Positions 1 to 13,238 of a stretch of 64,000 nt of DNA are shown here, piece after piece. The stretch's first letter is position 1; every line of letters begins with the position of its first letter. Source of the DNA: Monocercomonoides exilis PA203 (taxonomy: Eukaryota > Protista > Preaxostyla); contig LSRY02000002.1 of the NCBI GenBank assembly GCA_001643675.2, positions 2,480,001-2,544,000 on the forward strand, given 5' to 3'. Made by a program: the position numbers and the translations under genes. A model generated the notes under the pieces. That model saw only the letters and a program-made list of their open reading frames with translations. It was not told the DNA's origin and did not search any database.

Positions 1-3000
1 CAGAAGCAGATGCAGATGCATCCAAATCAGAAAATGACACAGAGGAATGTGTTATCTGAACATTTGGTGCAAATGTTTGTCCTTTTGCTCGGGAAAACAC
101 TTTCTTTGTGCAGCAGTCAGCAAGCGATGAGAGGGCATAAATCATCTCTGCGCACCACAATCCATCTCCAATGTAATCCTCTTTGTGTTCTGACTTCTTT
201 TTCGTCCCTTTTTGTTGTTCGGTTATTGATAGCAATGCAGCTGCTGAAGGAGTCAACGAAGCGGTCTTTTCGAATGAGAGCTGCTCTTTCCTTTTCATTG
301 CAATTGTTTTGTGCATGATGCTGCGTTTGATTCTAAGCATCTCATCATCCTCTCCTTTAACAACTCCTCCAATTGCAATTGATGACTGTGCAATTATTGG
401 CACAACGTTGCAATCAACTCCCCAATCAACACCACTTTTGTCAGAAAAGAATGAAAATACCAATGCAGGCTGCATAATCACGAGTTCTTCCTTGGGAAAT
501 GATGATCCTGTGTACAAGGCAAGTCTTCTTCCATCTTCATGGAATTTCTTTGGCAAGCGAATGGCTCTTCGATATGTATGAGAGTGAGATGAAGGTGATG
601 TGGATGAAGGTGAAGATGAAGTTGTCTGCTCTGAATTGACTGTTGAGAAGGATTTCTCAACTGCAATGGCCATTTGTTGGCGGGTCGGAAGAGAAATCGT
701 GAGAAAGTCATATCTTTGCTCTGTTTTGCATTGTGAATTGAATTTTATTCGATAACCAAGTGCAGATGGCACAAACACGATTTCTTTCCAGTCTTCGTTG
801 TTCTTGTAAGGATGTGAAGTGAATATTCGAGTTGTGATCAGTTTTGGTGGTGTAATGACAGTGTTTCTGATTAATCGAAGTTGTTCTGAATAGAATTCTG
901 ATGGATGAAGTGAGTGAAGAGGAGGCAATTGAAGTTTATTAGAGGAAGATGTTGAAGGGTATTTGTCTTCTGATGGTTTTTCGGAGAATTCTCCGAAAAG
1001 ATATGAAAAAAGATTGTTTAGAACAGAAATAAGTGAGAAAACAGAAGGAGCAAAAAGTGCAGATGCATCGACAGACAATGAACTGATGAAGGAAACTAAA
1101 GGAAGCAAAGGACGAAGCAATGATCCAATCAAGCAACGGTGAATTGATGACAGAATGTTTGCTTTAAGGAAAGGAGGAAGTTGTTTGTTGGATTCTGATT
1201 CGATTTTTTCTCGAATTCTTCTTATCAAATGATAAGCAACAGCTTTTGCTTCCTTCATGAGCACAAGCGAGTAATGCGCAAAGAAAGGAAAGACCGCATT
1301 CGAAACAGGATCAATAGATTCTGCTGGAACAGACAAAGGTGATTCCTTTGATTGTTGCTCATCTTCATTTTGCTGATCATCTTTGTCAGCTTCGATAGAA
1401 GATTTGATGTTTTGCACGTTGCGTTGAGCGAATCCCTCTCGAGGGATCAAACGGAAGAACAGAGAAAACAGTTGCCTCTGCAAAAACAGGAGGAATAAGC
1501 GGAGGTTAAACGATGATTCATCAGAAGAATAAGATGAAGGAAGTGATCGAGGGCAAAAGGCACGGTCACATTCTTTGACTGATGCAATGGACTCGCACTG
1601 AATCAATGAGGAAAGAATTGAAAGCAGTCCACTGATAATAGGATTCACAGACGAAGAAGACGAGTCTGCATTAAAAGACAATGAATCCAAAGAATAAATC
1701 GGATATCTCCGGGCGCTGATGCCTTTGAAGAAGGCTGTGCTGTTATTCGATTCCGCGCTCATTCTTCCCGCCTTTCTTAAAGTTTTTGGATCGGAAAACA
1801 CAGAAAAGATTATGTGCTGATAGACTTCTTGTGGAATGACATCAAATGTGTGTTGCAGAATTTCGCTAACTGATGATCTAAAAACAATAATCTTTTGTGA
1901 TTCGGGATTTCTTTGCTGAATAATTTCAGACAGTGCATCGACTGAAGCTGAAGCTGATTCTGATAGACCTGTTGCCATTATCGCAGAAACAGACAATGCT
2001 TCTTCTTTGACTACTGAAAGAATCTCAACCTGTTTCGGATCGCATCCAGTTTCCATCAGTTCTGAAATAGCAAATGATATGTTTGATAGATTTTTCTGTA
2101 TTTGCGTGAAAACAGCACGAGACAACCCAAGTGCTTTAAGAGAATAAGGAGAACGAATGACAGATAATATATTTGTTTTCAATAAGTTAAGCATGAATGC
2201 AGCTGCATGTGCAACGATTAAACCTTCTTCTGAGGATTTTTGTGCTTTTAGAGATTTGCACAGCAATTCAAGTGAAAGTTGGAATTCATCAAATAGTTGT
2301 GTTCCAACATCAATTGAATGAGGAGAAAAAAGAGGAAGGAATTCGTCCTCTGAATAGGTTTGTCCATTGGCCGATGAAGACACATCCGCCAAGTGCGAGA
2401 GAATAAGATACGCTAATTCTGATCCTGTCATCTTCTTTTCTCCTTCAGAAAGAATCTTCTCTTTGATGTCTGCAAATAGAGTGCGCTGATTGTGCTTTAT
2501 TGAATCCCTCAATCCTTTTTCTTGTTCTTTGATTGAAACATTTGATGCGAAACTCGAAGGGACTATCACCAATATGTCTTTCTGTGCATCGTCTCCTCTT
2601 TTTCGAGCAATCAGCATCTTGTTGATCCAATCAACACACATTTTCCCCTCGCAAAATGGGTCGAACTGCAAGCCAAGCCTGGCAGATTCTCCCAAAGACT
2701 CTTCTTTTTCTTTCAGTTTGCTTCCTTTCAAAATGTTCCCTTGTGAAGCTTTGTTTGCTTTGGATTTGTCCTTTTGTTCCTTGTTGCTTCCGGGGCAAAT
2801 GCATATCGTATTACCAACGCAGCTAATTGAACCATTTCGAATCATGTCAAATGTCACTTGTTTCTCTCTTCTGAGAGGCATCGCATCAAGAGGATGGGTT
2901 GCTAGATGAGTTGATGATTTGAAGCTGGACGAAGCGCATTTATTGCAAACCAAGAAATGGGAATGCATATTTTTGCTATCATGTGAAGAATTCTCCAAAA

Positions 3001-5943
3001 GCTGAAGTGACAAAGAAGAAGGAGTGATATTATTGCAGAGATTGTTTTCATTCATTGAAAATTCTTCATTTGGTGTACCGATGTCTAATGTTGGTCCAAC
3101 CATTTCTTCAAGTTGCTTTTCCTCTTTCGCATTTTCCCTTTCGCATCTCTTCGAATATGCATCGTCTGAACTATCTGTGCTGTTTGTGTTTTTGTTTTGA
3201 GTTTCATGAAGAGTTGTTGAATCAACTATTCCATTTCTTATTTGAGTACAAATTGGACAGTAAAGTGCTCCTATTGCTGGCATTTCAGAAGAACAGATTG
3301 AGCAGCAGCATCGTTCGTTTCCAGTTGCTTCCAGTGTCCTCATATTCAACAAATGTCGAGATACCACTTTCCATTCCAATATGTTGACATTTGCCTCATT
3401 GGTTGAGTCAGAAGATATTTTCGTATCTTCACGTGAAACACGATCAAACACTGTAACCAGCAAGAACACAACAGGATCCTCTGACGATCTGAGCAGAGTT
3501 GCAATGTGAAACAGACGATTGCCATCTGTTGTGAAGCGTGTGAATGATTTGTATCCCATTCTCGACAGCTGAGAAACGCTCAGCCAAAATGGATTGTGTT
3601 CATTCTGACTTGTTGCATGCTCATCAGATGAATTCAATTTGTGGAGCGTGTCCCTGTCTCTACCGGACTCCCACTCATCAAACGACAATTCTGCAGAATT
3701 CTCAGCAAGATCTTCGGCGTCTGCTTTCGCTTTTCTCCTGTCAGAAAGCATCACATCGTCATCTCTTTCGTCAAACAGATCATCAAAATGACTTTGTGTT
3801 CCACTTCCACTTTGCGCTCCATTTGAGCTCTCGTCAATGCCAATGGCCATCAATTCTGCTGCAATTGCTTCGTCTATCTTTATTTCTTCATTCTCGTTTA
3901 ATTCGTCTTCTTCAGCTTCTTGCTTGCCCTCGCTTTGTTCTTTTACTTCACTCGTATCAGCTGCCTTGATATCATCTTTATCTTTCTTTTCTTCATCAAT
4001 TTCGTTGTTTGATCCATCAGCTCCATCTTCTTCTTTGTAGTTCTTATCACGGAGTCGCTGAAACTGCTTTTTTTGCTCAATAATCATTCTCTTTTTCTCT
4101 TTTCTCAAATTTTCCACCCAATTTGTCTTAAGGGCATGATGCAACTGAGGATGGGTTTTTGTGAGTTGTGATACAACTGACAAAACATCCGGTATCTGAA
4201 TGCTCGACAGAGAAAATTTTGAGCTGGTTTTTTCTGAATATGAAGGGAAAAGAGAAGCAAAAATGTTGTTGATAGACATGTTTTTGCTTTCTGATGCTTC
4301 ATCTTTTTTTGTCGATTCAAGAAGCTCCAACAAAATTGGGAAATGACTTTCAGAAAAGCATCTTTCAACGCATTCTAAAGACTCTGCATCGAAGAAACTC
4401 ATTATGCAGCAGTCTTGTAGTTGCATTAGTTTCTGTTGTGGCGAAGTAGCAGCTCTAGAAGCTGGTGAATTGATGGACAGAGAAAGCGATGGAGATAAAG
4501 GAGAAGGTGAAGGTGATGGAGAAAATGAAACGGCTGGTGTTCTGTTTGCTGATTGTTGAATTAAAAATGCTTTTGACTTCAAATGATCCAGATTCGAGTG
4601 ATGCACTACAACGAGCTGACGGTATGGTGCGCACAGCCCGGCAATGTCGCATTCACCCCAGCCATTTGAAGTTTCATCAAATCCAGAAAATGTATTGACT
4701 TCATCAGATTTGGACTGTGAATCGCTTTGTTCCTTGGAATTGTTCTCTCTGAATTCAAAGAGCTGACTTGTTCCGATATCCAAAACTCTTCCTTCTCCAT
4801 CCTTCACAATTTCTCTTCCAACTACGCCTCCTCCAATTCCGCTCCCAAAGCGATGGATCCATCGGCCAGTGTGAAGATATATGTACAAGCCATCTGAGCA
4901 TATTCCTGTGGTCTCCTGCGATTGAAGCATTTGCATCAGAGAAGCAGATGGAACTTTCAGAAAATCATTTGCAACCCTCAAGTCATTAGGCTGTGCATAT
5001 TCAACCTCAAATGCAAGACTATTCGAGGCTGAGCTAGGGCAGATTAACGCTGGCCGATTAATAAATAAAAATTGCTTAAGAGATTCTATGAATTCCTTGT
5101 TTACAGATTTGCGAAAATCAGATGCAGATTCGCTTAATAACTTGTTAACCGCTGAAATCGAGAAATGAAGGCGTCCCGTCGCCAAAGCAAATTGTAGCGC
5201 CAATTCAATAAATTGGCTTTCCCTTTCAATAGAGGTCGTTTGTTCTCCATTTTCTGTTGTATCCGGACTGGAAAGTGATAACATCAAAGATTCGATTTGC
5301 TTGTACAGCGACTGATCATAAATTACTGTTGAGTCTGATGTTATTTGCTTCAAAGTCTCGATAATTGACTTAATAATCGCACTTGACGAAAGTCTGGATG
5401 TTTTGTTCATCATTTTTGCAGTTGCACAATATAAGGTTAGTGCAACTCGTAGCGGGATGTTGTCTTTTTCTTTTTCAATATCCTGAATCTTCAAAGAACT
5501 GTTTGAAAATTTTTGAAACTAATACACAACAAATATCACAAAGAAAAAAAGATGGAAAAATCAATTAGCATGGTTCACATAGAAGCAATAGCTTGGACAC
5601 ACTCCTGTTTCAAGATTCTTTCGAGCATAAAAAGCAATCAGTCGAGAAAGATTTATTCTCTTCTGGTCAATTTTCTTAAGTTGAAGTAGAGAAGGCGTTG
5701 TAGTCTGCTGTCCCATTGAAACGACACTTTTATCTCCAACTAAATAAAATAAAAAGTTTGTAAACAAATATTCACAAAAAATAATTGCGATATACGTGTG
5801 TAATTTTGAAAATGAAAATCATCAACTATTTTCTGAAAAATGTTGCGTTGTTCTATTTCCTTAAGGAAATTCCAATCATAAAGACTATTTGCTGGCAACT
5901 CTAAGATGGAAAAATCGAGATATGACGATTGTTTTTCTTCCAT
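1..5943 (-). CDS. Giant HECTD4/MYCBP2/ZZEF1-like protein (probable E3 ubiquitin ligase), N-terminal >1940 aa; 3' end lies outside the window
   Basis: ATG at 5943; GT-AG introns 5740-5795 and 5519-5578 keep the frame; exon 3 runs from 5518 towards the window edge (absent from the ORF track, consistent with no stop in the window). In-frame motifs read manually: IELALQFALATGRLHFSISAV, GICSDGLYIYLHTGRWIHRFGSG (~4900), RFTTDGNRLFHIA (~3520), TSHPYKNNEDWKEIVFVPSALGYRIKFNSQCKTEQRYDFLTI (~700-820). These resemble HECTD4/MYCBP2 N-terminal and CUB-like 'HPY' segments. Confidence 0.7.
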
Positions 5944-6126
5944 TTCTAACAAATAGTACAATGGTTTAGATCGAAATGCTATTTCTTTTCATTCTTCAAT
6001 AAATAGGAAATATTTTTGCAATATTTTATTGCTATACCATTCAATAATTATTTTAAAAATGAAATGCCAAAGAGGGGTGCTCAAGAATTCCTAAAAGAAA
6101 AAATGAAGTGATTTTTTTGAAATTAG

Positions 6127-9100
6127 CTATGATTTCTTTCGGATCATTTGTGTGATGCTCTTTGTTGCTTGTCCAATAGTTTTAGCAACTGTTATTTCTT
6201 TTTCAGTGTCAACGTAATCATCGCCGAACAAGAGCTTTTTCCTTGCTGAAGTGTTTGAAAGCTCGTGTTCAGCAAATGGGGTGGAAGGAGAAGATTGTGG
6301 TGAAGTGGAAGGGGCAGCAGCAGGAACGACAGACAGAGCAGCCCCACAAGGAGAGAATGAAATGAGTTCGTGTTTGTTCATCAGATTGAGCTGGGTCTGC
6401 TTCAGATCGACCTGCAAGTCTGCCACTTCTCCGTCTTTTGTCTCAGGCAGGGTGAAGACAGCGCCATTCTGCTTGATCCAATGCATCGCTGCTTCGATCT
6501 TCTGCTGCTTCAGGACAGATTCCCACTCGTTTCTTACCTCTTCTTTTTCGTCCTCGCTCAGCATCGCCCAAATCTGCCTCCTCACTTCTTGTTCTGTCTT
6601 CGGCTTGGCTGCTGCAGAAGGGCTGCCTTCTCTTCTCTTCTCTTCTGCTTCTCTTCCTGTCTCATTTCTGGATGAAGTGCCTTTCTCTTCCCCAGCAGCC
6701 TCGTCTTCTCCCTCATCGTCTTCGTCCTCCAAAGACATCAGAATGTCTTCAGCTGTTCGGTTGTCCCCGTTCTCCACATCTGCAATCACCTCTGCCATTT
6801 CCTTCTCTGCCGACAGCTGCGGGCGTATGCCGATGGCGTATATGTGAAGAATCCTCTTCTTCATCCGCCCCCACAACAGAGAGAGAAATACATGTGACAT
6901 CACTGGCAGCGTCTGCGATGGCGCCGCTGCTGTCATTCTCTTCACTGACTGCTCTGATGACTGAGATGTTTGTGATGCTCTCTTCTTCCGCAGTGCTGCT
7001 GCTGCACCTGCTTTCCCCATCCACCACCGCCGGCGCATCTGCCGCTCAAAGTGCCTCTCCTCTTTTTCTCTCTCTTCTTGTTCTTTCTCTTCTTTCTCTT
7101 TCTCCTCTTCTTCTTCTTTCTTCTTCTGTTCTTGTTCTTTCTCCTTTTCTGTTTCGTGTCCATCAGAACTCATCATCATCGTCATCATCATCACTTTCTG
7201 CTGTTCTTGCTGCTTCTTCTGTTCGTGTGTGTGTTTCCGATGGGGCAGACACTCTTCCCACAGCCTCTTCAGCTCCACCCAGTTGTCTTTGGAAACTGCC
7301 TGCCACACCTTCAGACAGAACATGATGAACGGATGGCTCCTCGCACGTGGCGATATTTCAGAGAGGAAGGTCACCATCGAAGAGCTCTCGTTGATGTAGA
7401 TGCGATGCAGGAACTGATAGCACGTGAACTCCAACACATTTCCTTGGAAAGAGAAAAGATGAAGAGAATAACAAATAAAATAAAATAAAAAGAAAGAAAG
7501 AAAGAAAGAAAGAAAGAATAAGAAATATATGTATGCATTATTTGAACACACCTCTGATTCCGTCTCTGTAGAGATGCATGAGAACAGACAGGCATTGTGA
7601 GTATTCGCTGAGATCGCCTTCCATCAGAGCAATTCTGCCGTGTGTCTCATAGACACAGACTGTGAATTCATTGTTGATGTGCTGGATGGTCAAATCCTGT
7701 TGTGATAAAATAGATAATTATTCAATTTTACACAATCATTTTTTTTAAAAGAAAATAAAAAAGAAATGATTTCAATGGAAATAACATAAATAAGCAGACC
7801 TGTCTGATCGACTTCAGCTGCTCGCACACGTATTCATAAGCCAGCTGGCTCCTCTCTTTTGCTCTGCCTGACTGTTGCTCCAGCTGCAGAAGCAGACGAG
7901 CATTGATTTGCGACTCGGCTGTTCGGATGAGCTCAAAAAGCCTGTCAACCAACGGCACCTCTTTTGCCCTCCTCCTTTCTGCTTTCTTCTTCTTATTCGA
8001 TTTTAAAGGAGTCATTCCACTTCCTTCTTCCTCTCCTTTCCCAATCTCATTGACATCAATTTCATCTGAATGTGTCTGCTCTCCCTTCACCAGCACAGCC
8101 AGCTCTTTTGCCTCCTTCAAAATCTGCTTCTTCTGCGTCGACCGCATCATCAGCACAATCAGATCGCTCTCTCCATCAAACAGCTGTTGTATCTGTGCTT
8201 CCTCCTCTTCACTCAGAAGATCTTCTTCTTCTGCACTCTCTTTCCCTTTCCCCTTCCACACCTCTTCGTCGTCTGAAGGGAAAGAGGCCTTTCTCAATCC
8301 CCCGCGCTTCGACTTCTTCTTCTTCTCTGTTGTTTCCTCTGTCTTTTCCTGCCTTTCCCTTTCGATCCTCTTCATCAGCAGCCTCACATTCCTCAGCGTC
8401 CTCTTCTCTGCCTCTTCTTCTCTGCTTGTCCGCTCACCGAATTCCTCCGCCTTCTCATCGCGCGCCTCAATCATCCCACGCCACTTTCTGATGACATACG
8501 AAAACGATCGCATGAGAACAGGGAGAGGACGCACTGTCGACGGGAGAGGGGCAGAGGTGAGACGAAGATACGCCTTTTCGAGCTGAGTGGATGTGCCAAT
8601 GACAGCTGGGATTGAGGGGTCGTCTTCGAATGACGATGATGAATATGAGGAGGAGGAGGAGGAGGAGTAAGAAGAAGAGGAAGAAGAGGAGGAAGAAGAA
8701 AAACGAGATGAACGCTGCTGAGGTTTGGACTTCTGTTCGAATCTTCTTTCTCTTTCTTCTCTCTTTCTCCGCTGTTCAGGTGTTTCCCCTTCTCTTTGAG
8801 GAGTTTCTGCTTGCTGTTCAGAGCTTTGTTTGCCCAGCTCATCCTGCTGCTTCTTTTTGCCTTGTTTGTCTTTGTTTTTGCCTTTTTGCTGATTTTGCTG
8901 GTTTTGTTTCTGTTTTTGTTGATTCTGTTGGAATTTCTGTGAATTTGTGTTTTGATTGGTTTGTTGTTGTGACTGATAATGTTTTGTGTCTTCGTCTTCT
9001 TCTGACTCGCTGCTGCTTTTTTCATCCATCCTTCGACCAAATTCTCTTTCTCTATCCCTTCCTCTGTCTCTATCCCTTTCCCTTTCTCTGTCTCTGTCTC

Positions 9101-10325
9101 TTCCTTTGTCTCTTTCTCTCTCTCTTTCGCCTTCCCATTCTTTTCCTCTCTCTCTGCTCCTTTCCGCTTCTCTATCGTATGCGCGCTCAAAGCGATGCTC
9201 GCCTGACTCTTCAGACGAACGTGCCATCTTTTCTGAATGGGAATTCATCGGAATGAACTCGGCTCTGGAGCTGCTTCTGTAGTTGTTTGGTGCTTGTGAA
9301 TCTGAGTTCAAATGAGCCCATGAGGCTGTTTGATTTTGCTCCCTTGGCTCTTCGCGACGCTCAGAAAAAGGCTTATCGCTAGATGAAGCATCTTTTGCAC
9401 TGTTTTTCATTCGCTGCATTTGCAGTTTTCTCGCAATGTCTGCAGCGATTTGACGAGCTTTCAGAACTTCAATTGGCAGAGAATCTGCACTCAGAGGCAA
9501 TGGTGAAGGAGAAGATGATGGTTGTGGTTGTGGAGAAGGTGATGAAGAAGGAAGCGCTGCGTACATTGTAGATGACACAGAAGAAGGAGACGATACAGTA
9601 AATGGAAGAGAATCAACAGTCAATCTTCTCTGAACAGAATGGCTTGTTTGATGAGTTGTTGATGTTAGTGCAGAATAAGATGATGCAGATGATGAAGAAG
9701 AAGGCGAGGATGGCGATGATGATGATGATGATGATGAGCGCTCTTTTTGCTCCAAAGAAGGAGAATGAGAAGATGATTGAGAAGATTGTTTTGAAGATGA
9801 AAACATTCCAAGAAGGTTTTTCATTCCCCAGTCAACATTACTTCCTTTTTCTTCCTTTCCTGCAGAAAGAGTTGCATCATCAGAAACATCCATCTCATCA
9901 TCAATAACAATTGCTTTATTTTGGGATGATGGAAGTGAACTTGATGATTGCAGTTGTTGCTGCATTTGCTGAGATTGATGAATAGATGAAGTAACTCCAA
10001 GAAGGCTTGCATATGCAGGCGGCATTCCATATCCTGCAAAGTTTTGAGGATAGTACGCATTTTGCATGTTCATTACTCCTTGCTGCAAAGCACCTGGTGC
10101 AGGAACCCATCTGAAAAAAAGTTTTAAAAATTACATCTTAATGAAAAAAGCACACTGTTGGCGCAATGGATCGTACAAAGAAGAAGCGTATTCGTTAGAA
10201 TACATTGAATTAAATGGTCTATGAGCAAAATAATATTAGGTCGTTAAGTTAATTTCGTTAGTATGTGATAGTTAATAATTATAAAGATATAACAATAAAT
10301 ACACATACAAATGAGGCTGAGTCAT
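6127..10325 (-). CDS. LENG8: SAC3/GANP/THP3 family protein (LENG8/Thp3-like), 5 exons
   Basis: GTSTQLEKAYLRLTSAPLPSTVRPLPVL ... YEYVCEQLKSIRQ|DLTIQHINNEFTVCVYETHGRIALMEGDLSEYSQC ... GNVLEFTCY. Introns 10219-10308, 10111-10155, 7697-7799 and 7443-7551 join in frame. Confidence 0.9.
7489..7516. repeat. (AAAG)7 microsatellite in LENG8 intron
   Basis: Direct tetranucleotide repeat visible in sequence. Confidence 0.9.
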
Positions 10326-10685
10326 TGTTAATTTTTTAAATTGATTGTATGTGAATTGGAAATTAAATTATTATTATATTGCTCGCACTTTGCTCTGTTT
10401 AATTCAATATTAATATAAAAAGATCAGGAGAGATATGATCATTTATTTCATTAATTTTTTTTCCAAGATAAAGACAATAAAATTCATTTCTTAAATATTT
10501 TAAAACAAAACATCTTATTCCAAGTGACATTACATAACTTGTATTTATCTCATTCAATAAATATAATATTGGGAATATTCAAAATTAATAATTTGTTTCT
10601 GTCGTTTCTAAAACTAATTCTCTCTTTATTTATCATTCTATAAGCGTAACTTTAGTTAAGGTTTTACGCCACAAAAATATCATAC

Positions 10686-11904
10686 ATGCCAAAAAATTGT
10701 TTGCCAAATATTTACATATTATTATTTTCTATTCGTATAATTGAATCATGTTTTTGTTGCTTATAAATAAGTGCCAGTTGAAAAGATATCATTGAGAAAT
10801 GCCGTTAAGCAAGGATATATATCTGAAAATTCAAAGATTGATAATTTTTCTGAAAATAAGAGGATTGTGATGGTATCTGAGAAGGACCATTTGAAGGAAA
10901 AGAAATTACACTTACCAACAAAGGAAAATGACGTTGAAAAAGAAGTTAAGAATTGCAAAAATGTTAAGCATGATTTAACTGTCTATGAAGTTCCAAAATC
11001 ACGTGTATTTCCTTGTGAGCAGACTCCCTTCCGCGAAAAGCTTCCATTAAGTAGTCCATCAAAATCGTTATCAAAAGAAGTTTTAAATCCTCTTGCATCT
11101 GCTGTGGTGCAAACTCCTTCCAAATTAAACAATTTATCAATGGAAGCTTCGCAATCTCCTCTTTTCCCAAGGCATAAGCCAATTACTATTTCAACAGAGG
11201 TTACATTTTCTGCAACTCCATTGAAGCGCAGAATGGATTCCATATTTAGAAATGCAGATGGGGACACAATTGATGCAGATGATCTTGAAGATGAAATTGA
11301 AGAATACGCAAGCGAAGTTAAGAAAGTGAAAAAGGTATTAGATGATCTGAACAGCGTTCAACGTTTAATAGGAAAGGAAGAAAAACGGCAAAAGAGGCAG
11401 CAAGAAATTGAGGATTACTCTAAAAAATTGAGGAATTTATCAGAAGAGATGAAAAGGGCAAAAGAGCACAGGCAACTAATTATGTCTATTGATGAGTCAG
11501 TTGAATGGTCAAAGCCAGAGAAAATGGGAAATCTCGCTCAAAGGCAAGTGACTCCAATGATTTTAAGAAATTCTTTAAGTGAAGATGACTTGACTGTTGA
11601 TACAATATTTGGGGAAAAACTGATGCAGAGGGTCAAAAAAAGAAGAGAGCAGGAAGATGAAGAAATTCAGCGAAAAAAAGATCTAAAAAGATTAAAAGAA
11701 GCAGAAGAAAAAGAAAAAGAAAGGGAAAAGGAAAAGGAAAAGGTTGATGAAAAAAAGCAAAAAGAAGACGATAGATGTATTGAAAAGGCGCCTGAAAAGA
11801 AATATATTAAGATTTCTGATGATGTTTCTGATGATGATTCTCCGATTACAAAGAAAAATGAAGTTAAGCAAGATTTTCACATGATTCTTCGATCTCAAAA
11901 ATAG
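10686..11904 (+). CDS. Hypothetical coiled-coil, K/E-rich protein (~380 aa)
   Basis: 377-aa ORF with a GTG start; likely true ATG at 10686 with intron 10699-10771 (gtttgc...ataag) joining in frame. Confidence 0.7.
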
Positions 11905-12172
11905 TACTATTTATTTTTTTCCAATTATTTTATAAAAGAAATCTGATTTCTATTTATTAAAAAGGCAATCTTGTAGTTGTTAATAGCTGTATGAATTCAT
12001 CTGTCGTTTTCTTTCATAGTTTTTTTTATGGCTGCGCAATCAATTAGCATTTATTTTTCGTTTTAAAATTTTTGAATTAATTTTTTTTTAAAAAATCATT
12101 GCAGTTTTTGTTAAAAAAAAGAATATCAAAAACTTTGAAAGAAAATGTTCAGCAACAAAACAATTTTAAATG

Positions 12173-13120
12173 TCAAATGAAATGGGAATGAGATTGTGAA
12201 ATGAAGCCAAGAAATGAAAAGAGAAAGATAATTCCAAAATATCTCCAAGAAGATGAAGTGAAATGAAAATGGGGCTGTTCAGTTTCTTTCAAGAAATCAA
12301 TAAAGTTCATTTTCTTTCTCACAAATCCTGAACTTTTGAAAAATGGATATTCACGAACTTTCGGTTCGTTTTTCCATTTGGATGTTATGCAGTCCATTTC
12401 GAAATTACATTCTGATGCAAGTTTATAAAATGTATCTTCTGTTCTTCTATGTAGAAGTTTTGATGTGTTTTGTAACTCTCTCTGAATTACAACTTGGAGG
12501 CAAACGTGGCATGTTAAAAAAGTATTTATTGTTCCGACCATGCATGCAAGTTGTGGAACGAGTTCCAGCCCCTGATCTGCCCAATACTGAATGTAATCCT
12601 CTCTTCTTGTATCTACAGCGTAATGGTATTGGTCAAACCATTTCTTTACAATTTCACTATGCTTAGGCGCATGAAGCCATCCGTTTTCAAGATATTTTGG
12701 AAATGGGTGAAACGTTGCAAATGCAAGTAAATCGCCTTGTTTATTAACTATTTCATCGTTAATTTCTTCAAATAGTTCGAGTGAGTTTATGTAGAAAGTC
12801 GCATCAAGGTAAACTCCTCCATAGTTATATAGCAAAAGAAGACGAATATAATCTGATTGATGTTGAGGTATCAATGCAGAGTATTTTGGAGAAAACGTTG
12901 AAGTGTTAAGGTAAATATCCAAAGTGTCTTCCATTAAAAAAACAATTGACCATCCTTTTAAAACTTTTAATGTATGTTGAACAAATAGGGCCACTTCATA
13001 TGTTGGTTCAGGATTCCAATACATCCAAATAATCTTTGGGTATTCTTTTTCTTCTTGCTCTTGAACCGATTCAAATGCAAATCCCGATAGCAAACACACG
13101 AACAAGCAATCTACTATCAT
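12173..13120 (-). CDS. Capsular polysaccharide synthesis protein / GT32-like glycosyltransferase
   Basis: KIIWMYW, QHQSDYIRLLLLYNYGGVYLDAT and ENGWLHAPKHSEIVKKW motifs; N-terminal signal-like hydrophobic stretch from ATG 13120; C-terminal hydrophobic anchor; intronless. Confidence 0.85.
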   Translation of the reverse strand: MIVDCLFVCLLSGFAFESVQEQEEKEYPKIIWMYWNPEPTYEVALFVQHTLKVLKGWSIVFLMEDTLDIYLNTSTFSPKYSALIPQHQSDYIRLLLLYNYGGVYLDATFYINSLELFEEINDEIVNKQGDLLAFATFHPFPKYLENGWLHAPKHSEIVKKWFDQYHYAVDTRREDYIQYWADQGLELVPQLACMVGTINTFLTCHVCLQVVIQRELQNTSKLLHRRTEDTFYKLASECNFEMDCITSKWKNEPKVREYPFFKSSGFVRKKMNFIDFLKETEQPHFHFTSSSWRYFGIIFLFSFLGFISQSHSHFI

Positions 13121-13238
13121 GGAAAGCAAAATTGGTTGCAAAATACAATTGTATGCGTTATAAAATCAAAGTTAAAAAAGAAATTTTCCATAAATAATTT
13201 TGTTTTTGTTTGAAAAAAAATAAAAATATTTCAAGATC

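Noticed and set aside
10-5568. Numerous short + and - strand ORFs in the track (and similar antisense ORFs over other long genes)
   Set aside because: Antisense or off-frame shadows of long low-complexity coding exons.
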